Below, in pieces: positions 1-9,971 of a DNA stretch of 64,000 nt. The DNA comes from Nibricoccus sp. (lineage in GTDB: Bacteria > Verrucomicrobiota > Verrucomicrobiia > Opitutales > Opitutaceae), in the NCBI GenBank assembly GCA_049840895.1, contig JASGJB010000075.1, forward strand, positions 44,816 to 108,815, in the 5' to 3' direction. The notes under the pieces were generated by a model. It made no database searches, was not told the origin of the DNA, and saw only the letters and a program-made list of their open reading frames with translations. The stretch's first letter is position 1; each line of letters begins with the position of its first letter. Position numbers and translations under genes: made by a program.

Positions 1-590
1 CCACAGCCGCAGCGGAAGGGGCGGATGCCACCGAGGAGATGGAGCGGTGAGGGCATGTGGCCGGCTTCCATGCCGGCAAGGGTGTCGCCGTCGAGGGGCA
101 GACCATTTTGATCGATGAAGGCGGCGCCGAGTCCGGAGCCGGGGGCGAGCATGAGGACGGACGCTTTTTTGTCGCCGCGGACGCGCTGGGCCTCGCCGAC
201 GCCGCCGTAATTGCCGTCGTTTCCGGATACAAGCGGGATGGGGCGGCCGGCGGCTTTGGCGAGGGCGGCGGCGTATTCGCTGTGAAAATCCCAGCCTTCG
301 AAACTGGCAGGCAGATTGGCGGTGCGGTCGAGGACGCCGTAGCGTTTGTACGGACCGGGAATGGCGAGACCGACGCCACGGACCTGTGACCAGGCGAGTT
401 TGTTTTCCTCGAGAAACCCGGTGACGCCGTGGATCCAGCCGGCGATCACAGCCGTGGTACCGGCTTGGGAGTTGGTGGAGCTTTGGCGGAGATGATTGGA
501 GATGGGCGTGCCGTTGCCGGCCCAGACGCCGCCGGTTTTTGAGGTGGTGGCGCCGCTATCGGTGCCAAGGAAGATGTCGGGGAGAGACAT
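1..590 (-). CDS. ROK-family sugar kinase-like protein (3' end runs off the window)
   Basis: Hand translation from ATG at 590: MSLPDIFLGTDSGATTSK...GVGLAIPGP...GNDGNYGGVGEA...GSGLGAAF...EAGHM...CGC; these are ROK motifs. Not in the ORF track because it is truncated. Confidence 0.85.
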   Translation of the reverse strand, partial: MSLPDIFLGTDSGATTSKTGGVWAGNGTPISNHLRQSSTNSQAGTTAVIAGWIHGVTGFLEENKLAWSQVRGVGLAIPGPYKRYGVLDRTANLPASFEGWDFHSEYAAALAKAAGRPIPLVSGNDGNYGGVGEAQRVRGDKKASVLMLAPGSGLGAAFIDQNGLPLDGDTLAGMEAGHMPSPLHLLGGIRPFRCGC

Positions 591-594
591 GAGG

Positions 595-645
595 GCTGAA
601 GAATGAAAAGTGAAGAGTGAGGAGTGAAAGCCGGAGTGAATCGAA
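595..645. repeat. Heptamer tandem repeat (xAGTGAx) followed by GCCGGAGT
   Basis: GAATGAA-AAGTGAA-GAGTGAG-GAGTGAA-AGCCGGAGT; a near-identical block occurs at 15475-15510. Confidence 0.7.
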
Positions 646-723
646 GCTGATTGGCGGGCTAAACGTGGCAGTCAGCGCTGCTGGGTTGTGCAGGACAAAT
701 CGGTGGCTGCTCTATGAGTTGAG

Positions 724-1293
724 TCACTTCGGCTGAGGCGTACGCCAAGAGTGCCAGAGGTAGAGGATGACGCCGATGCAGATGCCACAGTCGGCGACGT
801 TGAACGTGGGGTAGGTGTAGCTTCCGAAATGAAAATCGAGGAAGTCGACAACGTGTCTGTATGCGATGCGGTCCACGAGATTGCCGACGATGCCGCCGCA
901 AAGGAGTCCGAAGCTGATTTGAATGGCGCGAACGTGAAGACCAAGCGTGCGGCGGTAGAGGAAGATGGCGACGAGCGTGCCGAGGGCGAGGATCGCGAGG
1001 AGCGTGCTTTTACCGGAGAGGATGGACCAGGCGGCGCCGGTATTACCCACGTGGATGAGGTAGAAAAAATCGGGGATGACGACGATCTCCTGGTGTCCGC
1101 CGTGAAAGGGATGATCGTACGTGAAGGGAATGTTTTTCACGACCCAGAGCTTTGTGAGGACGTCGAGCGCGAAGAGGCTCAGGCTGATGATCCACAGCAG
1201 GCGGTAGGCATGGATGCGCTGCCAGCGGGTGCGTGGCCCGTTGTTGGTGGGCGGATAAATCTGAGGCTGAGGATGCTCGGTGGGCTCGGTCAT
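724..1293 (-). CDS. lspA: Lipoprotein signal peptidase II
   Basis: DVLTKLWV, NTGAAWS, GNLVDRI, VVDFL and FNVAD motifs; start taken at ATG 1293 (MTEPTEH). Confidence 0.95.
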   Translation of the reverse strand: MTEPTEHPQPQIYPPTNNGPRTRWQRIHAYRLLWIISLSLFALDVLTKLWVVKNIPFTYDHPFHGGHQEIVVIPDFFYLIHVGNTGAAWSILSGKSTLLAILALGTLVAIFLYRRTLGLHVRAIQISFGLLCGGIVGNLVDRIAYRHVVDFLDFHFGSYTYPTFNVADCGICIGVILYLWHSWRTPQPK

Positions 1294-1354
1294 TCTGGAA
1301 GGCTGGAAAACCGTGTAGGAAAGCGGAGTAGATGGCGGCTGGGGAGTCTGAAAG

Positions 1355-1774
1355 TTAAGAGATGCAGGGGCTCGAAAAGCGGACGATGTCGTCGCGCTTT
1401 TCCCAACCGCGGTTGGTCCAGTAGCGGATCGCGGAGTCGTTGTCGGCGAGGACGGCGACATGCGTTTTGGTGATGCCGTTGGCCGCCAGCGCTGAAAGGC
1501 ACCGGGCGACAAGTGCTTGTGCGATGCCGCGTTTGCGGAAGGCGGCGGCGACGGCGACGTGTTGAAGATAGCCGCGGCGACCATCATGGCCGCTGAGCGC
1601 GGAGCCGACGACTTTTCCGTCGCTGATGGCGACAAAGCTCAGGCCGGGATTTCGGGCGAGGTAGCGGGCGGTGGCCTCGCGAGAATCATCGGCGCGAATG
1701 CAGATGCCGGGGGTGAGTTTCCACAGGGCGATGACCTCGTCGTAGTGATCCAGCGTGAATTCGGTGATGTTCAT
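1355..1774 (-). CDS. GNAT-family N-acetyltransferase (YpeA-like)
   Basis: GHDGRRGYLQHVAV and FRKRGIAQAL (motif A), NDSAIRYW. Confidence 0.9.
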   Translation of the reverse strand: MNITEFTLDHYDEVIALWKLTPGICIRADDSREATARYLARNPGLSFVAISDGKVVGSALSGHDGRRGYLQHVAVAAAFRKRGIAQALVARCLSALAANGITKTHVAVLADNDSAIRYWTNRGWEKRDDIVRFSSPCIS

Positions 1775-1775
1775 T

Positions 1776-2084
1776 TCAGGCGTCTGCCGAGAAGCAGACT
1801 TTGAAGTCGGAAACGCGGCGAAGAATCTCGCCGTGCGGGCCTTCGTGGATGTGTGAGCGCACGTGAGCCATGGCGGCGTCGAGTCCGGCCTGATCGGTGC
1901 AATCGATGATGAGCTGAAAACGCGGAAGACCGACGAAGCTGGCGGCGTTGGTGACGCGGAGGAAGCGGTGGGATTGGATTTTCCCGGTGGTGTGGAGTTC
2001 GACGGAGAGGGCGCGGGTGGCCGCGATCAAGGGTGCTTCGTCGGCTTCGGATTTCGCGGAGAAGAAGACGTGGTAGGAAATCAT
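1776..2084 (-). CDS. Small hypothetical protein, dimeric alpha-beta barrel / DUF6614-like
   Basis: MISYHVFF...GKIQSHRFLRV...LPRFQLIIDCTDQAGLDAAM; 1 nt from the GNAT start; family assignment from memory only. Confidence 0.6.
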   Translation of the reverse strand: MISYHVFFSAKSEADEAPLIAATRALSVELHTTGKIQSHRFLRVTNAASFVGLPRFQLIIDCTDQAGLDAAMAHVRSHIHEGPHGEILRRVSDFKVCFSADA

Positions 2085-2160
2085 CGGACGACGGAGGGAG
2101 CGCAGCACGCGCCGCGGACAAAGGCAGGGGATCGTCGTTTGGAATGTACCAGACCTGGAA

Positions 2161-2610
2161 TCATTTTTTTCCGTGAATGAAGAAATACCACATCGCGATC
2201 GTACAGAGAGTCCCCACGACGAGTTGAAGAATACCGAGGACAAGCGCCTGGATGGCGGTTGGTCGTTGATCGCCACCATTGCGAGCGAACGCGAGATGCA
2301 GCGCGCTGTAGATGAAGAGCGCGATGGCGGATTGAATGGCGAGGATCTTGAAAAACGGGTTTCCCGCCGGGGTGGTTAATTCCCGTGACAGTGCCATGCC
2401 GATCAACTGGTTGATGAAGAAGCCGCCGGTGTTGGTTGCGAATGCCTTGGACCAGGTCGGCCGGAAGCCAGTGAGTTTTTTTGCAACGAGCCGCATGAGC
2501 GCGGCGGTGAGCAAGCCGAAGACCGCGGCTGCCATGAGCATTCCGACGATGAAGCTGAATTGGTACATTTGGAGCGGGAGGGGGTTGGGGTAAAGAAGAA
2601 GGGCCGACAT
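2161..2610 (-). CDS. Hypothetical membrane protein (about 4 TM helices)
   Basis: Four hydrophobic stretches; co-directional with neighbours; start uncertain. Confidence 0.65.
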   Translation of the reverse strand: MSALLLYPNPLPLQMYQFSFIVGMLMAAAVFGLLTAALMRLVAKKLTGFRPTWSKAFATNTGGFFINQLIGMALSRELTTPAGNPFFKILAIQSAIALFIYSALHLAFARNGGDQRPTAIQALVLGILQLVVGTLCTIAMWYFFIHGKK

Positions 2611-2643
2611 TACTGTCGGCCCTTCGGGAAACACGGAGATGGA

Positions 2644-3779
2644 TTATTCGTCGTCGCCGCCGCCGTCGTCGGCCATCTTGCCACCACCTTCTTCGCCCAT
2701 TTCGCCGAAGAGACCGGCGGCGGAGCGGGAGCGGAAGCGGTTACGTTCGATGTCTTTTTGGGCTTCAGCGGAGAAGCGCGTGAAGGGCACGGCCAGAAGG
2801 CGGTCTTTGGCGATCGGCTTTTGCGTGGCTTCGCAGATACCGTACGTGCCGTCGTGGATGCGTTTGATGGCGGCGTCGATTTCGGTGAGGGCTTCCTGTT
2901 CGCTGGAAACGAGGCTCAGTGCGAAGTCGCGATCGAAGGTGTCGGTACCGGCATCGGCCATGTGCTGGCCGTAGCTGGAGAGATCGCCGGCGTCGTCCTT
3001 GGAGGAGCGTTTCAGTGTTTCCTCGGAGTGGAGCTCGATGCCCTCGGTGAGGTGCGTGCGGAGCTCGAGGAGGAGCTTGTAGTAACGGCGGAATTTTTCC
3101 GGGACGTCCTCCGGGTCGATGTGGTTGGTGGGTTTCTGCGCCTTCTTGGGGTTGAAGCCGAGGATGTCGGCGAGTGAGGCGGCCTTGATGTGGTGAGGCG
3201 TGGCTGGTTTTTCGAGTTTGCTGAGATCAACCTTGGCCTTGGCGGCGGCCTTGGCGGGCTTCGCTTCGGAGGTCTCGGCGGAGACCTTGGCGGTCTTTGC
3301 GATTTCGCGGACCTCATCGAGACTGAAGGCGATGGGCTTGCTGGCCTTCTTTGAGCCGAGGATGCGGCTGCGAAGGAGATCGCGGGCGCTCGCCTTGGCG
3401 GAGGCCTTGTCACCGGACTTTGCGGCGGGGGCAGCGGCCTTGGGCACGGAGATTGGCGGCGTGGATTTGCCGTTGGAGTCAGCCTTGGCCGGAGCTTTGA
3501 CCGGAATCGGAGGAGTCGATTTCGCGGTGGGCTTGGGAGCGGCTTTGTTGTCGCCGGATTTGGCGGAGGAATTGTCTTTTTTAGCAGGCGCGGAGGAACT
3601 TTCTTGGATACCGGATGGGCCGGTTTCGACGGCTTCGCGGCCTTGGCCGATTTGGTCGGCTTCGCCGGTTTCAGCGGCTTGGAAGGCTTGGAAGGTTTGG
3701 AGGGTCGAGAGACGGGCTTGGACGGTTTGGCTGAAGATTTCTTTTTGGCTGCAGGGGCTGGTTTTGAGTGCTTGGCCAT
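2644..3779 (-). CDS. dksA: DksA/TraR-family regulator with long K/P/A/S-rich N-terminal extension (one frameshift near 3600)
   Basis: C-terminal HMADAGTDTFDRDFALSL...EIDAAIKRIHDGTYGICEAT...RLLAVPFTR. ORF 3012..3779 (MAKHSKP...) joins ORF 2644..3447 if one A is added at AAG AAA [A]GT near 3600. Confidence 0.8.
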
Positions 3780-3810
3780 GTGGGTGGTTGGTTTGGGGGA
3801 TCTTCGAAAA

Positions 3811-6702
3811 TTATGTTTTCAGGGCCTCGGCGCAGCGGGGACAAACTTCGCCTTGGCCCGTGGCTTCCAGGGCTGGAACCCAGCGCCAACAGCGCGGGCA
3901 ACGTTTGTAGCCGAGTTCTTCGCAGTGTCTCACGGTGATCGCGAGGGTTGAGCCGGCAGGAGCGGGCGAGAGAGTGACGTGCGAGACGATGAAAAGTTCG
4001 GGTAGAAAATCGCGGTGTTTTTCCAGCACCTTGAAGGTCGCGTCATCGGATGCGCCGGCGAGTGTGAGCGCGGCGTCGAGGGATTTGCCGAGTTTGCCGG
4101 CGGCGCGGTGAGGCTCGATGGCTTCATTGGCGTGGGCGCGGACTTTGAGGAGCGCGGCGACGTCGGACTCGATTTCGGCGTTGGTCCACGCGGCGGGCGC
4201 GACAGGCCAGTCCTGGAGATGGATGGAGTCGGCGGAGAATTCAGTCTTCGCGATGCCGAAGGACCAGGCTTCGTCGCTCGTGTAGGTGAGGACGGGCGCG
4301 AGGATTTTCACCAGCACTTGGAAGATGTGGTAGAACGCGGTCTGCGAGGAGCGGCGGAACGTGCTCTGGGTGCCGTGCGTGTAGAGACGGTCCTTGAGGA
4401 TGTCGTGGTAGACGGCGGAGAGCGTGGCGGAGCAGAACTGACTGCAGAGCTGGAAGACGCGGTGATACTCGTACGCGTCGTACGCGGCGGTGCAGTCGCG
4501 CAGGAGCGCTGCGGTTTGGTGGAGCGCCCAGCGGTCGAGCGTGTCCATCTGTTCGAGCGGCACGGCGTCCTTGGCCGGGTCGAAGTCGAAGAGGTTGGAG
4601 AGCTGGTAGCGGAAGGTGTTTCGGAAAAGACGGTAGGCCTCGGCGACGATGTTGAGGATGCTGGCGTTGTCCTTCAGGTCCTTGTCGAGGTCGGAGACGC
4701 GGATGTCGTCGGTGAAGTTTTGCGAAGAGATCCAGAGGCGGATGACGTCGGCGCCGTATTGGGCGATGTAGTTATCCGAGGTCGGGGGCTTCTCGTACTG
4801 GCCGGACTTGGAGATCTTTTTGCCGTCCTTGCCGACGATGAAGCCGTGGGTGAGGACGCGTTTGTAGGGAGCGCCGTCGAAGGCGATGATACTCGTCCAG
4901 AGTGAGGACTGGAACCAGCCGCGGTGCTGGTCGGAACCTTCGAGGTAGAGATCGGCGGGCCATTGCGTGGTACCCTGAGCGTTGCGGAGGACGGCGGCGT
5001 GCGAGGAGCCGGAGTCGATCCAGACGTCGAGTGTGTCGCGGCCGCAGATGAGTGCGGAGGCGGCGGGCCAGCCGGCGGGGAGGGCGATGCCCTCGAGGAT
5101 TTGTGCGGGCGTGGCGTCGTACCAGAAGTTGGTGCCCTTGGTCGCGATCTTGGTGGCAACGGCGCGGATCACGCTGCCATCGATGTAGGCGTTTTTCTTA
5201 TCGTCGTAGAAAGCGATAATCGGAACGCCCCAAGAGCGCTGGCGGCTGATGCACCAATCGGGACGGGATTCGACGGCGCCGCGGATGCGATTTTCGCCCC
5301 ACGTGGGAATCCACTGAACGTTGGGGAGTGCGGCGAGAGCGTTGGCGCGGACGTTGTTCTTATCGAGAGAGACGAACCACTGGTCGACGGCGCGGAAGAT
5401 GATCGGGGTTTTGGAGCGCCAGCAGTGCGGGTAGCTGTGGTTGTATTTCGCTTTTGCGAGGAGGGCGTTGGCGCCGGCGAGTTTTTTCAGGACGGCGAGA
5501 TTCGCGGGCGACGGTTTCTTCGCGGCGAGGTCTTCGACGGTTTCGAGTGAAGTGACGCCGACGAGATCGGCGGGCGACTTTGCCGTCGTCGAGATAGCGG
5601 CCGTCGTCGCCGACGGGGCAGTAGATTTCGAGACCGTACTTGAGGCCGGTGAGATAGTCTTCTGCGCCGTGGCCGGGAGCGGTGTGGACGGCGCCGGTGC
5701 CGGAGTCGGTCGTGACGTAGTCGGCAAGGACGACAGGCGAGGCGCGGTCGATGAAGGGGTGACGCGGGGCGAGTTTTTCGAGCGCGGCGCCTTTGACCGT
5801 GAGGACAACGTTAGCGCCGGAGAAATCGGCCGGGAGCGTCTTCGAGGTTTTGGCGGCTTCGACAACGCCGTTGAGCAGCGCTTGTGCGACGATGATGCGT
5901 TCGGCGCCGAGGTCGGCGACCACGTAATCGACTTCAGGGTGAAGTGCGATCGCGAGATTGGCGGGGATTGTCCAAGGCGTGGTCGTCCAGATGACGACGA
6001 AGAGCGGTTTGTCGGACGGGAGATTAAATTGCTGTGCCTCGGTGGCCGGGACGGCGAACTTCACCCAGATGGCGGTGCGAGACGTGGTCCTTGTACTCGA
6101 TCTCGGCTTCGGCGAGAGCGGTCTCGAAAGGGATGGACCAATAGACCGGCTTCTTGCTGCGGTAAACGAGGCCTTTTTCCACGAACGCGGCGAAGGTGCG
6201 GATGATGTCGGCTTCGTAGGCGGGGGCCTTGGTCTTGTATTCGTTTTTCCAATCGGCGAGGACGCCGAGGCGTTTGAATTGTTTCGTCTGCTTCTCGATC
6301 CAGCCCTCGGCGAAGGCGTCGCAGAGGGAGCGCAGTTTCGGCGGTGGAAACCTGTTTGTTCTCCGACTGGAGCTGGCGCATCACCTTTTGCTCGATGGGC
6401 AGGCCATGGCAGTCCCAGCCGGGGACGTACGGCGTGCGGAAGCCGCGCATGGTTTTGTAGCGAAGCGTGATGTCCTTGAGCGTCTTGTTCAGCGCGGTGC
6501 CGATGTGGACGTCGCCGTTGGTGAAGGGTGGGCCGTCGTGGAGGACGAAGGCCTGGGCGCCGGCACGCTTTTTCTGAATGGCGGCGTAGAGATCGATCTT
6601 TTCCCAGTGGGCGAGGCGCGAAGGCTCGCGGCCAACGAGGTTGGCGCGCATCGGGAAATCGGTCTTCGGAAGCTGCAGCGTATCTTTAAGGTCTTACGCC
6701 AT
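3811..6702 (-). CDS. ileS: Isoleucine--tRNA ligase, type 1 (broken in this sequence by three +1 indels and one in-frame TAA)
   Basis: [79 protein letters not shown]-terminal CPRCW..CPRC. Extra bases near 6337, 6077 and 5575; TAA at codon 3. Confidence 0.95.
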
Positions 6703-6723
6703 GCCAAAAATGAAAAGCGGGCA

Positions 6724-6751
6724 AGGCTATGTCGGGAGGTGGGGGCGTCAA
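6724..6751 (-). promoter_or_regulatory. Putative sigma70 promoter of ileS
   Basis: Minus strand TTGACG-N16-TAGCCT, 21 nt before the ATG. Confidence 0.5.
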
Positions 6752-6899
6752 GGGAAGATGCCAGATAAAACCGGGCCGGGGATCAGGGGTGTTTGGACGC
6801 TGATTTTGTGAGGGAAATTCCGATGCCGTGGTCGGACCGGCAGGCGGAGGTTTGCGCTCGCGAGGGGGCGGGGAAAAACGACAGCGTGGGGGCGCCTCG

Positions 6900-9800
6900 A
6901 TGCAGGCGCCCATGTCCAATACTCCTGAGCAGCTTCAGCCGTTGAGTGACCGGGTGACGGCGCTGATCGCGTTCATCGGCCCCGATCTGCGGTATCGGAG
7001 CTGCAATCTTGCGTATGCGAAATGGTTTGGACTGGAACGCGAACAACTTCTGGGACGGCCAGTGAAAGAGGTTGTTGGCGCGGAGGCCTGGCGCGAAATC
7101 GGTCCGCACCTCGAGGCGGCGCTGCGTGGTGAGAGTCAGGAATTTGAAAAGGATCTGATTTCCGGGCCGACGGGAATGCGGCGTCAGCTGCACGCGGTGT
7201 ACACACCGCAGTACGACGATTCGCATCACGTGATCGGCGTGGTTGCGCTGGTGACTGACACCACGGCGCGTCGTCAGGCGGAGATCGAACTGCGGAAAAG
7301 CGAGGAGCGCTTCCGGGCGTTTGTCACGACGAGTTCCGATGTGGTTTTTCGCCTGAACGCGGATTGGAGTGAACTGAGGCAGGTGGTGGGGCGGGATTTC
7401 ATTGCGGACACGGCGAAGCCCGATCGCGCGTGGCTGGAGAGCTATGTCGTTCCTGAAGACCGGGCGCTCGTGCAGGCGGCGGTTGAAAAGGCGATCAAGA
7501 CCAAATCTCCATTCCAACTGGAGCATCGGGTCATTCGCGTGGACGGGAGCATGGGCTGGATCTCATCGCGTGCGATCCCGCTGCTGGATGCGAATGGCGA
7601 AATCGAGGAATGGCTGGGTACGGCAACGGATGTGACCGAGCGGCGCCGGGCGCAGGTGGCGTTGCGTGAGAGCGAGGCGCGCTACCGGTCGCTCTTCGAC
7701 TCGATCGACGAGGGGTTCTGTGTGATCGAGATGCTTTTCGACGGAGCGGGGCGTCCGAATGATTACCGGTTTATCGAGGTGAATCCCGCGTTTGAGAAAC
7801 AGGCGGGCATGCACGAGGCCACCGGCCGGCGCATGCTGGAGTTTGTTTCACACATCGAGTCGCACTGGCTGGAGAATTACGGGCGTGTGGCGACTACTGG
7901 AGAATCGATCCGGTTCGCGGCGGAGTACAAGTCGCTCAACAGCTGGTTTGACGTGTATGCCTTCCGGATCGGCCCGCCGGCGGAGCGGAAAGTGGCGGTA
8001 CTTTTCAACAACATCACCGCTCGAAAGCTGTCGGAGATCGCGCTGATCGAAAGTGAGAAACGGTTTCGCAACATGTCGGATCATTCGCCGATGATGCTGT
8101 GGGTGACGGATGCGGAAGGATGCTGCACGCACCTGAACGAGCGCTGGTACGACTATACGGGGCAGACGCCCCAGACCGGTTTGGGCTACGGATGGCTGGA
8201 CGCGGTGCATCCCGACGACCGGGCGAAAGCGGATAACGGTTTTCGCTCTGCGAATTCGCGTCGTACGCCGTACAAGACGGAGTATCGTTTGCGCGGGCGC
8301 GACGGCTTTTACCGCTGGTCGATGGATGCAGCGTCACCACGTTTTTCCCATCGTGGCGAGTTCCTTGGCTATATCGGATCGGTGATCGATATTCAGGAAC
8401 GGAAGGAGTCGGAGGAGGCGTTGCGGAAAAGCCGGGAGCGTTTCGACATCGTGAAGGATGGGGCCCAGGTCGGATTCTGGTTCTGCGATCTGCCGTTCGA
8501 CGTGCTGGAGTGGGACAACCGGGTGAAGGAGCACTTCTGGCTGGAGCCGAACGACGTGGTGCCGGTGGAGTTATTCTACGAACGCCTGCATCCGGACGAT
8601 CTCGAGGCGACGCGCCGCGCGATCAACGAATCGATTCAAAATCAGAAGCGCTACGACATCGAGTATCGCACCGTCCAGCCGGGCACCGGCGCGATCAAAT
8701 GGATCCGCGCGATCGGGCGGACATTTTATGACGAGTCGGGGCAGCCGGTGCGCTTCGACGGCGTGACGCTCGATGTGAGCGAACACAAGGCGGCGGAGAC
8801 GGCGCTGCGTGCGGCGAAAGAACAGGCGGAACGGGCGTCGCGGGCGAAGGACGATTTTCTGGCGCAGCTCTCGCACGAACTGCGTACGCCGCTCACGCCG
8901 GTGCTGATGACGGCGGAGTCGTTGCGCGAAGATCGATCGCTGCCGGCGCCGGTGCGCGAGCAACTGGAGATGATTTCGCGGAATGTGGCTCTGGAAGCTC
9001 GGTTGATCGACGACCTGCTGGATCTCACGCGCATCACGCACGGGCGGCTGTCGTTGCGGGCGGAGACGTGCGATGTTCACACGCTGCTGAAGCTCGTGTT
9101 TGAGATTGTGCGCGAAGAAGCGCGCGAGAAATCCATCGACGTTTCCCTGGAGACTGCGGCGACATACAGCCAGATCGACGGAGACACGGCGCGGTTGCAG
9201 CAGCTCTTCTGGAATCTCCTGCGCAACGCCGTGAAGTTCACGCCGGTGGGCGGACGGGTGTGTGTGCGCTCATATAATAGCGAGCTGGCAGAGGCGGAGG
9301 GGTGTGCTTTGTTTGTCGAGGTGAAGGACAGCGGCGTGGGCTTTGAAAGCGGAGGTGCGGAGAAATTATTCGCCCCGTTCGAGCGTGGTCATGCGGCGCA
9401 GGATCCGCGTTATCCCGGTCTGGGTCTTGGTCTGGCGATCGCGCGCGCGATCGCAGAATTGCATGGCGGGCTGGTAACCGCGAAAAGCGCGGGGCCGGGG
9501 CAGGGAGCGACGTTTACGGTGCAACTGGCCGGAGCGAAGATTCCGATTGTGACCGCGAGTGGAGGCGATCATGGACAGCCGGCCGACGTGGCGGACTCGC
9601 CGTTGCGACTGCTTATCGTGGAAGATCACAAGCCTACGCGCGACGTGGTGGTGCGTTTATTGAGGCGCAACGGGCATCAGGTGACGCCGACGGGATCGGT
9701 CTGCGAGGCGATGGCGGCGGCGGAAAAGGGATCGTTTGATGCCGTCATCTCTGACTTGGGGCTGCCGGATGGGACGGGTGTCGAGCTGATGACGCAGCTG

Positions 9801-9965
9801 CGCGACCGTTATGGATTGAAGGGAATCGCCGTGAGCGGGTACGGCATGGACGAGGATATGAAGCGCACCGCGGAGGCCGGATTCATCGCGCATCTCGTGA
9901 AGCCCGTTGATATGAAAGAAGTCCGGAGGGCGATCAGGCAGCTGGCGGTGACGCGGAAAAGTTAG
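6900..9965 (+). CDS. Cytoplasmic multi-PAS hybrid sensor histidine kinase (about 5 PAS + HisKA + HATPase + REC)
   Basis: Repeated ESEERFR/DVTERR PAS-PAC junctions, H-box LSHELRTPL, N-box QLFWNLLRNAVKFT, G-boxes DSGVG and GLGLGL, receiver VEDH...SDLGLPDGTG...KPV; no TM segment. Confidence 0.92.
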   Translation: MQAPMSNTPEQLQPLSDRVTALIAFIGPDLRYRSCNLAYAKWFGLEREQLLGRPVKEVVGAEAWREIGPHLEAALRGESQEFEKDLISGPTGMRRQLHAVYTPQYDDSHHVIGVVALVTDTTARRQAEIELRKSEERFRAFVTTSSDVVFRLNADWSELRQVVGRDFIADTAKPDRAWLESYVVPEDRALVQAAVEKAIKTKSPFQLEHRVIRVDGSMGWISSRAIPLLDANGEIEEWLGTATDVTERRRAQVALRESEARYRSLFDSIDEGFCVIEMLFDGAGRPNDYRFIEVNPAFEKQAGMHEATGRRMLEFVSHIESHWLENYGRVATTGESIRFAAEYKSLNSWFDVYAFRIGPPAERKVAVLFNNITARKLSEIALIESEKRFRNMSDHSPMMLWVTDAEGCCTHLNERWYDYTGQTPQTGLGYGWLDAVHPDDRAKADNGFRSANSRRTPYKTEYRLRGRDGFYRWSMDAASPRFSHRGEFLGYIGSVIDIQERKESEEALRKSRERFDIVKDGAQVGFWFCDLPFDVLEWDNRVKEHFWLEPNDVVPVELFYERLHPDDLEATRRAINESIQNQKRYDIEYRTVQPGTGAIKWIRAIGRTFYDESGQPVRFDGVTLDVSEHKAAETALRAAKEQAERASRAKDDFLAQLSHELRTPLTPVLMTAESLREDRSLPAPVREQLEMISRNVALEARLIDDLLDLTRITHGRLSLRAETCDVHTLLKLVFEIVREEAREKSIDVSLETAATYSQIDGDTARLQQLFWNLLRNAVKFTPVGGRVCVRSYNSELAEAEGCALFVEVKDSGVGFESGGAEKLFAPFERGHAAQDPRYPGLGLGLAIARAIAELHGGLVTAKSAGPGQGATFTVQLAGAKIPIVTASGGDHGQPADVADSPLRLLIVEDHKPTRDVVVRLLRRNGHQVTPTGSVCEAMAAAEKGSFDAVISDLGLPDGTGVELMTQLRDRYGLKGIAVSGYGMDEDMKRTAEAGFIAHLVKPVDMKEVRRAIRQLAVTRKS

Positions 9966-9971
9966 TTCAGC

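Noticed and set aside
6694-6696. In-frame TAA at ileS codon 3 as stop-codon recoding
   Set aside because: TAA ends many genes here normally; a single substitution error (for example AAA) fits the high error load.
6703-6899. T-box riboswitch upstream of ileS
   Set aside because: The putative promoter lies about 20 nt from the ATG and no T-box motif or antiterminator is visible.
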